A program made the translations under genes and the position numbers. From Octopus bimaculoides (lineage: Eukaryota): DNA of 59,545 nucleotides. Positions 1 through 10,622 of the stretch are shown here, piece after piece. The stretch covers positions 81,847,303-81,906,847 of the forward strand of contig NC_068981.1 in NCBI RefSeq assembly GCF_001194135.2. The letters run 5' to 3'. Under the pieces are notes generated by a model. The model made no database searches, was not told the DNA's origin, and saw only the letters and a list, made by a program, of their open reading frames with translations. Position 1 is the first letter of the stretch. Each line of letters starts with the position of its first letter.

Positions 1-160
1 CTGAGTGGTTGGCGTTAGGAAGGGCATCCAGCTGTAGAAACTCTGCCAAATCAGACTGGAGCCTGGTGTTGCCATCCGGTTTCACCAGTCCTCAGTCAAA
101 TCGTCCAACCCATGCTAGCATGGAAAGCGGACGTTAAACGATGATGATGATGATGATGAT
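1..160 (+). mobile_element. SINE family A (gat-tailed, RTE-like 3' end), 3' part cut by the window edge
   Basis: Same sequence recurs at 2174, 7057, 19824, 31609, 36692 and 54342, always ending gacgttaaac(gat)n. Confidence 0.85.
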
Positions 161-201
161 GCATGTATGTGTGTGAGTGAATATATATATATATATATAT
201 A

Positions 202-590
202 TCTGTAAAAATATGTGACATTTATTCGGTAGCCATGATAAAACTCTGAGTTTCGGATGCCAGGGTGGGAGCCCACACCAACATCTCTTCAGTTATCCGG
301 CCATTGAAAATTCCTGTGAAAAATGACCATTAAAAACAAAGGGAAGTTACTGTGTAGTGACAAGGTCAAAACGTGTCTAAAACTGCATATATTATCGCAC
401 GCACGCATATATCTATATACACATGCACATATCGCTATATACGCACGCATATATCTATATACGCACCCACACACTCGCAAGCGTGCACATATAAGGTTCC
501 TTATACGTGTCTATAGGCGTACAGGAAACTGGCATCCGAAACTCGGAGTTTTATCTTGGCTACTGAATAAGTGTCACATATTTTTACAGA
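202..590. mobile_element. TA-flanked MITE with ~60 bp terminal inverted repeats
   Basis: Left end tctgtaaaaatatgtgacatttattcggtagccatgataaaactctgagtttcggatgccag is the reverse complement of 526-590 with 4 mismatches. TA on both sides. Internal degenerate gcacgcatatatctatatac repeats. Confidence 0.8.
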
Positions 591-1349
591 TAAATTCCTC
601 TATTTGCATAATATCAAGGTCACTTTCTTTCTTTTGTTGTCCTTCCTATCAAATATATATATATATATAGACACACACAAATGTGGCACTAATGGCAAAT
701 TGGTTGAATCTTAAGAAGACTGGATAACATGTCTCATAATCTTTGATCTGACTCTCTGTACCCTTAGTTCAAATCCTGTTGAGGTCAACTGGGCCTTTTA
801 AGTCTCTAATCTTGATAAAAAATAAAAAAAGTACCAATTTAAGGAGATAGACTGCCAGACTCATAAGAAAGCCACATTGGATGCCTTGCAATATTTGCTC
901 TGACTGTTTGCATTCTGATTTCAAATCCCACCATGGACCATTTCAGTCGTATACTTATTTAGCTGCCCAGTTTACCATTACTTCTTAGTACCTCAGACTC
1001 CTTTAATAGAGTCTACTCTGCAGTAAGAATTAGGACCAGGTCTCCCTTTTCCCTCTCATTCATTTCGGAGGCCCAGTGAAAAGTCATAGCCACTGCCTGC
1101 CCTCTTTACTGAAAGATCAAAAAAAAGTATGTACAAATATACACTTATTCACATACACACTGCATATGTGTGTATATGTATTATATATTATTTATAGCTG
1201 ATATTTAAAAGTTAATTTATATTAGTTGATAAGTACATATAAATACAGTTTTGAGGTTGGATATATGATAGCCTTTTACAAGAATTAAACCAGACATTTT
1301 TTGCTTTGCTGGAAAGATGTTAAATGGAGCAAATGGATCTGATTCAGTG

Positions 1350-1630
1350 ACGGTGAAGTTCCAAGAACTGAGTGGAAGAATGTGTCATTGAATCTGAAGA
1401 GAAACGTGTACATTGCATATGTGAGGAGTGTTATTATATATGAGAGTGAGACACAAGTAATAAACATCAAACATTCTGATCCTTGATGGAAAGAATGGAA
1501 ATTAGAATGCTATGATGAATGTGTGGAGTTTTGCTGAAAGAAAAGGTGAACAATGAATTGCAGAAAATGATGGGAATAGAACTCATGACAGGTACAGGAT
1601 AAGATAGCTGGGCCATGTGCTGAAAAGATA
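1350..1630 (+). mobile_element. Decayed RTE-clade LINE, C-terminal ORF fragment
   Basis: Frameshifted translation KFQELSG / NVSLNLKRNVYIAYVRSVIIYESETQ / LGHVLK resembles the RTE post-RT consensus (LKGKVY...VRSVLLYGSETW...WLGHV). Confidence 0.65.
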
Positions 1631-2173
1631 AATTTAAATGCCTTTAGTTTATCAACAAATTTTGGGGTGACAGGTATTTACATATGGCAGTTTGGCTTCT
1701 AATAAGAATTGGTATCTACATATATACAAACATACATATATATATATGTAAATGTTTTAAGAAAAGCAAAGCAAACCATGGAAATAATACAAGTCCTCAA
1801 TGGTGAATATATTTTGTAAAGTATTTTGACACCTTTTAAAATATCAATATTAAAAGTTGTTTAGCTCCCAAGTCAACAAAGACGTTACAGTTATATGCAT
1901 CCATTTGCTTTTCACTTGCTTTTGTGGTATAGTGCACTGATAACTACATTATCTAATTATCCTTTGCATATTTTTAAAATCAAGAGTGAATTTGAGGGAA
2001 ATTTAGCTACTATTTCTAGCAAGTTGACTGACTACGTAGAAATTTTCTTTCCCTGACACTGTATAATCAAAATAGAATTCTTACTTATTCAGGAAGATCT
2101 ATGATTAGAAGGGAACGAAATAAGAAGGTTCAATGTCTAAGCCTTGCCGAAGAGCATACCACAAAAACACATG

Positions 2174-2449
2174 TCATCATCGTTTAACGTCTGCTTTCCA
2201 TGCTAGCATGGGTTGGACGATTTGACTGAGGACTGGTTAACCAGATGGCTACACCAGGCTCCAATCTGATTTGGCAGAGTTTCTACAGCTGGATGCCCTT
2301 CCTAACGCCAACCACTCCGAGAGTGTAGTGGGTGCTTTTACGTGCCACCAGCATGGAGGCCAGTCAGGCGGTACTGGCAACGGCCACACTCAAAATGGTG
2401 TATTTTACGTGCCACCTGTACAGGAGCCAGTCCAGCGGTACTGGCAGCG
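2174..2449 (-). mobile_element. SINE family A copy
   Basis: Reverse complement of the family A sequence with a (cat)n tail. Confidence 0.85.
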
Positions 2450-3064
2450 AAGTAAACTGTGTAATTTATGCAGGTGATTTTCAGGATAAAATTTGTTAAA
2501 AAAAAGCTTCTACTCATGTAAAACTGGCACCCAAAAGTTTTCAGAATTACTGATATAGCCAGGGGAAAAAGGTTTTCAGTTCAGTTGTATTTAGCATAAT
2601 TTCACTTACTTATGATTAGATTTTATTAAATTTTCATTAAATAAAAATAATTTCTGTTTAACAGGTATCACATTGAAAGCTATTGAATTACTAAGTGTTT
2701 GTGTTATTTATAATAAATTTTATTTTACATTTCTTGCTCACAAAAGATAATGTCTGATCTTTAGCATACTTCTGTATGTCTTCTCAAATCATGATCACAG
2801 GAAAAGTTAATTACCAACAAAAACAAAGCTGATAAATACGCACAGGTGTATCAAATTAAGTTTAATTACCAATAAACCTCAGCTTGGATTACACTCTACT
2901 CAACTGACAGAGGAAGGTGACTGATCAAACTGATTATGTAAACAGACTTCTTTTCTACCTATTCTTGTCAGAACCTTTGATATGGAGTATTGAAATTTTA
3001 ATCCCTTTCACACTTATAAAATGTCGAGCAAACTTTAGAATTTGTCATTACCATTATTGTCAGT

Positions 3065-3619
3065 ATGAGCAGGACTTATGAATCACTTACTGTGAAGGAG
3101 AAATTAGATATGTTGAATATGCATTTGAACATTTTAATATTAATGACGCCAATGTTTGAAATTGACGCAAACAGTAGGACAAACTTAAAATTGTGCCTAG
3201 TAATAAACAGACAAAAATAGAAACATACAATCAAGATTATCCATATCATTATATTTTTTCATTGAGGAATATCCATATCAAGCAATGTAAAATATGGCCT
3301 GGACTGTGTTTACCAGCATGAATGTCAGACTTTAAAAATTAGTTAACCATTTAACAGTTTTAGTAAATTTATACAGAAAAAGTAAGCATTATACTGTCCT
3401 GCATAAATAAAAGTAAAATTCATATTTAAGCCAATATTTTCGCTGTAAAAACCTATTCTGACATTAAGTAAGTCAACTTCTGGTACGAATGTCTTTTTTC
3501 AACAAAAAGAAATTTCAAAAAGATTCTGGAAACGATCTACTCATGTAATTTACGCACCCCTAAAGTTTATCTTTATTTTTGCAAAAGAAAGTGCGTAAAT
3601 TACATGGGTTTTTATGGTA
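3065..3619 (+). mobile_element. Possible pogo/Tigger-like remnant with one terminus
   Basis: MSRTYESLTVKEKLDML at 3065 resembles a pogo/CENP-B N-terminus. Subterminal palindrome catgtaatttacgcac...gtgcgtaaattacatg and end ...tttatggta at 3536-3619. Partial match to the terminus at ~2452-2535. Confidence 0.35.
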
Positions 3620-4721
3620 TATGAGTTGTAACTGAATTTCAATAGTCTTAGTTCCCTGGAAGATTACCCCTTGGCTCCATGCTGTGCATTTTAGTCATGA
3701 TTCTCAGATGTATAAATTTGTAACTGGAATTTTGCTGTGTGCCCATAGAAATGCATGTGCTGATGCATTGTTTTCAAAACTCAGACACTGAATGAAAATC
3801 ACAAAATATACAAATAATCTACACAAAGCAGATTATAGACTTATAATCAAATGTTTTCTAGTAATGACCATTGTTTTGTTTTGGGAAGGTGTGCTTAGAT
3901 AATATTTTCCAATGTTTTTTTTTTTTTTTTTTTTTTAAGATAGTAGGCTGTAATTTGAAAAGGATTTAGCTATTATTTTTACATGATTGAGCAACCATAT
4001 GAACTCCCTCAATAGCTTACCTGCAAACAGGTTCTTTCTTTCCTTTTACTATTTTCTTTAGTATGGGACTGCTCTAAGTAGAGGGAGTACTCTAAGGTTG
4101 ATGAGTATTTTGCTACACTGACTTCTGGGCACATGAAAATGGAGTCTTGAATGTTGTTCTTACAAAACAGTAAGCTATGGATCTTACTATACATAATGAG
4201 AGAGAAATAACATAAAAAAACATTCAAGATAACTGCTAAGACCCAATGACCCTTATGAGCTTTGCAATTTATCTGAATGCAAGTGTTGCAGTTGTTGGAC
4301 AGCCCTTTATTAGCTTTGTTTGAACACATCTTTCACATAGAGACTCTTAATCAAGTATAGCAATACTATCTTCATTAAGATACATATACTAGATTTGCTG
4401 TGAAAATTATTTGCTACAAATTATATATGTCAAACCAGTTAATTCCTTGTTACTAACATGAAGGAATTTGTAATTATCTTAGAAAGGAATCAACAGTGAA
4501 CTAAATTAATTAGTCTACTATAAAAAGAAAGACCAGATTTGAGTTTAGCACTTTCTTTGTTGATTAGTGTTATATGCAATCTCATTATAATAGAGGAAGC
4601 CATTCACAACAATTAACAAACTTTGCTAAGTTTTATCAGGAATGTAGCCCTGTGTTCTGTGTGCACTTTTCGAGAAGTATTATATTGTTACTTATGGTTT
4701 TATGTTGAATAAAGCCTTTAA

Positions 4722-4944
4722 CCCTTTAGCATTCAAATTACTGTGTCAAATATAATACATATTTAATTAACATTGATTTGAATTAATTATGCATTATCTT
4801 TGTAGTTTTGAAATTTCAATGATGTGATTGTTTATGTTTTGAATGACATTGCTGGATAGGTGTGAGAGATCAAATCTGGCCAGTTTGAAAATCAAATAGG
4901 TGGATAATTTTGGGCCAAACATAGCTGGTTTAAATGATAAAGGA
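4722..4944. mobile_element. piggyBac-like MITE (TTAA-flanked)
   Basis: ttaa|ccctttagcatt ... aatgataaagga|ttaa. A related copy lies at ~35337-35562. Confidence 0.65.
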
Positions 4945-5084
4945 TTAAATAAAGAATTTTCCAGTTGATGTATTGTTCGAATTAAAAGATACCTATTTAA
5001 AAACAAAAAAAAACCCAAAACATTAAAAATGATTAATTAGTGTGTTGATTTTGCTGATACATTAAATAGTTCAAGCAACTTCTA

Positions 5085-5315
5085 AGGCTGAGCCAGTGAG
5101 AGAGGCTTTACATGGTGGTGGATCAGTTTGATAGAAATAGCAACCAAATCTTCTTCTAATTACTTACCACACATCTACAGTTTTAAAATAAAGGATATGG
5201 TATATTAGATAATATAGTTCTAGATCTAACCCAAATGATGAAATGGTTACAAGAGGAATGCTTCTAATCACAAGTCTCCTTGATCAGCATTGACCTGGGG
5301 CTAAACAACAAGAAC
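5085..5315 (+). repeat. Old interspersed repeat family F
   Basis: gaaatagcaaccaaatct...gacctggggctaaacaacaa recurs at ~11810, 28600, 29850, 40170, 40520 and 43330, and reversed at ~1975, 3890 and 58050. Confidence 0.65.
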
Positions 5316-5879
5316 CTTTGAAGCTCCCCTTTTTTGACAGAGGTGTTTAAAGAATTTATACAAAATGTGTGAGTATACCCGCCTTTAGAATCTTTAAAGA
5401 ATGCTGAAAAAAAACCAAAACAAAATGAAATATCAAGCTAGAAAAACAAACATGAAAACAATGATATTTAATAAAAACAACCAAAAGACAAAAGAAAGAA
5501 AAAAAAAATCTATAAACATTTTTTCTTTTAAAACAAAAATCAACAAATAACAACATTGTAAATTGAACAGGCTACAAAACCATGCATGATTGGTAATGAG
5601 AGCTGAGAAACTGCAAGTGTAATTAATTTTCCATGTTGTGAAATACAAGGTGCAAAGACATGCTAATTGTATATATGGTTAATAAGTCAGTATATACATA
5701 ATAAGCAAATGTCCAAAGAGAGAAGAGGGGTGGTCGGGGAGAGAGAGAGTGCAATGGGATTGTTGGTTATTGTATTTTATTTTAGCTTCTCAGATTAATA
5801 TTTTCAACTTTTAAATGAGGTGTGGCTGGGGGGTGGAGAAGAAATGGTAAATAATGGTGTGTGTGTGGGGGGGGGAGGG

Positions 5880-6935
5880 TAATGGTGATTGTGAAAGAGG
5901 AATGGGGAGGAAAAGAAGGAGGATAGAGATAAAAAGGTGTGAAGGAGGAATGGAAAAGAAGTGGGAGGAAGAGTAAGAGAGAAGAAAAAAAATATGCTAT
6001 AGAGAGATAAGGTTTGTTTGAAGGAAGATTGAGGATTGGAATGAGTGAAGGAGGTGGGGAAGAAGGGAAAATGAAAACATGAGAGTGAAAGAGAAAAAGA
6101 GAGAGTGAGTGGGAGAAAGACAGGGGGAGAGAGAGAAAGAGAGAATGAGGGAGAGAGAGAGAAAGAGAGGAGGGAGAGAAAGAGAGGAGGGAGAGAAAGA
6201 GAGGAGGGAAAGAGTAAGAGGCAAAGAGAGAAAGAGGGGGAGGGGAGAGAGAAAGGGAGGGAAAGGAGAGAGAAAGAGGAAGGGAAGAGAGAGAGAAAGA
6301 GGGATGGAAGGGAGAGAGAGAAAGAGGGAGGGAAGGGAGAGAGAATGAGGGAGGGATGGGAGAGAGGGAAGGGAGAAAGAAAGAGGGATGGAGGGGGAAA
6401 GAAAAGGAGAGAGAAAGGGAGAGAAAGAGAGAAAGGGGGAGAGACAGAAAGAGAGAAAGGGAGAGAGAGAGAGAGAGAGAGAAGTAGAGGTAAGATTAAT
6501 CAGAAGAGGAGAGGAGGGGGGGGTTAAGAGCTATATAGACACAAAGAGAGAGGGGGGGAGGAAAAAATGCAATGTGCTGGGGGTGTGAAGGAAGGGTGAA
6601 AGGATCCAAGGACAGTTTTATGGTAGAGGGGGGGGCGAAGACAGAATAGTATAGAAGGGGAGATTGGTGGGAAACAAAAGAGAGAAAGAGTAATAGTTTG
6701 AGGAGAGAAAGAAAACGAGGGTGGGGTGAGGACTGCATACTGGTAAGAGTGGGCTGAGGAGAATGAGGTGTGAGAAAAGGGGGCCAAAGACTATATAAGA
6801 AGGCGGGAGATTAATAATGAAAAGGAGGTACCTAAAAGAAAGGAACCAGTTGAGAGTAGTAGGAGGGAAAGAGATGGAAAAGTAGCATGAAGGTGCGTGA
6901 GGGTGTGTGGTGTGAGAGAGAGAGAGAGAGAGAGA
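5880..6935. repeat. ~1 kb purine-rich (GA/GGA) low-complexity tract
   Basis: Plus strand almost entirely A and G; produces the spurious ERG-rich ORFs in the track. Confidence 0.9.
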
Positions 6936-7056
6936 GGTTTAGTTAGACTCGGATCAGTCTTAATAGAGCAGACCTAGGTAATCAGTCGAATGACTAGATG
7001 AGACCTAAAAATCCCCAACTTAAGATAATCTGTGTGTCTAGAAAGTGGATGGTGAT

Positions 7057-7328
7057 ATCATCATCATCATCGATGTTTAATGTCTGCTTTCCATGCTAAC
7101 ATGGGTTGGATGGTTTGACTGAGGACTGGCAAGTCAGAAGACTGCACCAGGCTCCAATTTGATCTGGCAGAGTTTCTACAGCTGGGTGCCCTTCCTAATG
7201 TCAACCACTCTGATTGTAGTGGGTGCTTTTTACGTGCCACCAGCATGAGGGCCAGTCAGGCAGCATTCGCAACGATGACGCTCGAATGATGCTTTTTACG
7301 TGCCACCGGCTCGGGAGCCAGTCAGGCA
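7057..7328 (-). mobile_element. SINE family A copy, more diverged
   Basis: Reverse complement of family A with many CpG-to-TpG/CpA changes. Confidence 0.8.
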
Positions 7329-7420
7329 ACAATATAGTAAAGTTTATTTGTTAACATCATGTGGCAGTCCTATACAAGGACAATGTTACTGTTATTTAGC
7401 CCCAGGGAAACATCTTTTTT

Positions 7421-7552
7421 AGAGCAACCCTTGACGGACCTGATGGTTGGATGAATGGTCGGGTCTATTTTGGAGATGTGCCTCACCAACATTTACGACG
7501 TCAACAACAGAGTGGAGGAGTCATATTGTGGGCTGGTATCATTGGGGACAGA
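7421..7552 (+). mobile_element. Tc1-superfamily transposase fragment (DD37E/TRT-like)
   Basis: In-frame RATLDGPDGWMNGRVYFGDVPHQHLRRQQQSGGVILWAGIIGDR. RATLDGPDGW...RRQQGGGGVM.WAGI is the motif following the first catalytic Asp in this Tc1 group (from recall). Confidence 0.8.
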
Positions 7553-9979
7553 AGAGAATTCAGGACAGTATGAGGGTGAATAGTGGTTCCAAACTATGGC
7601 ACAAGGCTAGCAAGTTCGGAGTAGAGGGTAAGTCAATTACATCGACCCTAGTACTCAGCTGGTACTTATTTTATTGACACTGAAATGATGAAAGGCAAAG
7701 TCGACCTCGGTAGAATTTGAACTAAGAACATTAGGAAGGACAAAATGCTGCTAAGCATTTTGCCCATGTGCAAAGCTCACTGTTTTATGAGGGGGAATAT
7801 TAAAAGGTAAACTTATGTGTTCATAAAAACAAGTGAAATGGCTGAATGATAATTAAAGTAGTATGTGATGTGAAAGGAGTACTGTATACTGAAAAGACAA
7901 AGTGTGTGAGAGAGAGAGAGAAAGAGAGAGAGTTGAGCTGGATTTGTAAATAAAGAAAGAACAAACAAAAATAGCATAAAAAAACTCCAATGTTTAATAA
8001 CCCTCTCAATAACATAACACTGCTTCTCCTAGTACCCTTTGCTGCAATTTGTTAATTTTGCTTCTGAAGTAAATGTTAATTCAATATGTTATGCTTAATT
8101 AAGACACAGATACACATTTTAAAATCATTAATGATTAATTTTAGCTTATTTCTTCTTAAATTGTTTTTTAGTAGCAGATTTATGAGTGACTATGAAGGGG
8201 AGAGAAAAAGAGGGAAGAGAATGGGAGAGAGAAAGAGAAGGGGGAAGAAGGAGGGAAAGAGCACTGTTTTTTGCAAGAAATACATAAAGCAAACTGTTTT
8301 AGATTGCAATTATTTTATGCAACACATACACGAGCTAATTATCCTCTAGCTAACCATATCTCATAATTAGCAGTTTCAACAACAAAATCAAATCCTTGAA
8401 CTTTCATTTAATCCACTCACATACAAATATATAGCAATATCTGCAAACTATTACAATCAACATCCCCAATACTACCATACGTTCTTCTGTACCTTGATAG
8501 CCATTTTACCATACTGCATAGCTTTGCCTTAATAAATACTGTCAATAAAAACAAGAAGTATAATCTCTTAGATACAATTACATCACATATCAGACAGGCA
8601 AGTCCCTGGCCAAATAATTAAGAAGTTTGCTTTGCACTCATGAAATCCTTGATTCAATCTTACTGTCTGATTCCTTGAACAAATGGCTTCTACCACAACC
8701 TTGGGTTAACCAAAAAGTCTGAGTAAAATTGTACAGATGCAAACTGGATGGACATCCATCAACTGAGATATACCTTTAATTCAAAAGGCCAGCCTTTTCA
8801 TACATCATAATTTCTTATTCTTGAACTGGCTCAAAGGCAGTGGGCTGGCAGAATTGTAAGCATGCTGGACAAAATGCTTAGCAGTATTTGGATGGTTTGA
8901 CAGGATCTGATGGTTCCAAGGATTGCATCATATTCCAGTCCTGTGGCTGCTTTGGCATGATTTCTATAACTGCATGTCCTTCTTAACACTAACCACTATA
9001 CAGCTTATACTAGGAGCTTTCTTTTTTTATGCCACCAGAAGTAGTGAGACCACCATACAGTTTGCATGACTATTAACATAGAAGAAGCACATGTCTGCTA
9101 ACATATGTAAGTGCGTATGTGTGTGTGTATGACAGGCTTCTCACAGTTTTCATCATCTTAACACCACAAAAAATATTGGTCAACCAGAGGCTATAGTAGA
9201 AAAAGACATTTGCTCAAAGTATTGCAATGTGGGATTGTACTTTTGAACCCAATGATTTTGAAACAAACTTAACCACACAGCTACACTGATTCTCCCTGAG
9301 GATTACATTAAAAGTACAAATGGCAGTCGAAACTTAGCCTTTTATTTTATAATATAATGAATAAATGGTTCTGCTCATTAGACAAGTGGAATACTCTCCT
9401 GTGAAAATAACAGGAGACTGTTTGATGTGATTGGTTCTTTCATTTGACATTTAGTTTTACATCTTCTTATGATTTGCAGGAGATATAAATTTAGCCTTAC
9501 TTGTGAAAACAACCTCCTGCAGGCACTGTAATATAAGGCTGCTGGAGTTTGAATTCAGAGAATAGCTATGTGGGACTAAATCCAGCATGTAGAGGGATGT
9601 GCAGTGAACAAGAAGCTAGGTTAATAAACAGTGGTAGGTAATTATACTTGGTAAGCTAGGGTACATTCAGAAGCTGTTAGATGTTGATCCCTTAATTTCA
9701 CAAATTAGAAATGAAATAGTGGGTTTCCCAACATTCTTCAGCAAAAACAGAAAAGAAAAGTCTGTTTACATAAGAGAAGTTTGATGTTAATCTTGTAAAA
9801 GATGTACAAAATTAGTGAAGTAACAGTCGTTAGGCTGGTAATGGTGGTTTTCAGGTTAAGAAAACAAGTAACATGTTATTGCCACATAAGCCTAAAAAGC
9901 TGAAGGTAACCAACAATTTTAGGAGGCAGGCTGCTACAGTAATACACACACATATGTATATAACTATATAAGTATATAC

Positions 9980-10045
9980 ATATGAAAGACACCAAAGTAG
10001 GTGTCCAGTCTGTGCTCCAAAGCCACTTGTTAAATTTGCTACCAC
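9980..10045 (-). CDS. Candidate small internal exon of the SOWAH gene (GSKFNKWLWSTDWTPTL[VSFI])
   Basis: Strong acceptor ttttttctgtttcag| at 10046 followed by non-repetitive open sequence. Both possible donors (after 9993 and after 9980) are weak. The phase-1 reading does not join exon 4 directly. Confidence 0.3.
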
Positions 10046-10589
10046 CTGAAACAGAAAAAATTTCTTTTGACTAGACTAAAAGTTTCATGTTTAACCCTTT
10101 AGATTCAGATTATTCCGTCAAATCTAAAAGGTAAAGACCCTCTTCAGTCATGAATGATTATGGGATTGCACCTAGAAAGTTCCCCTCTGATGTACAATTC
10201 CGGGTAAGGTTGTTTATGGAAGACTAGCAGTCAACCAAGCATACCAACCTCCTCTCTACACACCACCAATGTTATCCAAAGGAAAGGCAAAGGGGCCAAT
10301 ACAGCTTGCCACCAGTGATGTCACAACCTCATTTCTACAGCCAAGTGAACTGGAGCAATACAAAATAAAGTGTCTTGCTCAACAACACAACACAGCTCAG
10401 TCCAGGGAATCAAACTCACTACCTCATGATTGTGAGCCTGACACACTAACCACAAAGCCATGTGCCTTCATCATACATAATGCTTATTCATTTACACTGT
10501 TTTTTGAATTAATCATGCATTATCTCATTAGCTTTGAGATTTTGTCTCAAGATAACATCTCTGAAGGATGTGGTGTGTTTAAAAACACA

Positions 10590-10622
<33 letters not shown>

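Noticed and set aside
940-990. NWAAK on the minus strand resembling the ankyrin HWAAK motif
   Set aside because: Bracketed by stop codons and lies within an interspersed repeat.
4009-4329. 106 aa minus-strand ORF ending at a strong donor (after 4021)
   Set aside because: No family motif and ambiguous acceptor and frame; kept only as an orphan splice site in the findings.
6105-6527. 140 aa Glu/Arg/Gly-rich ORF
   Set aside because: Translation of a GA low-complexity tract, open in several frames simply because the tract lacks T.
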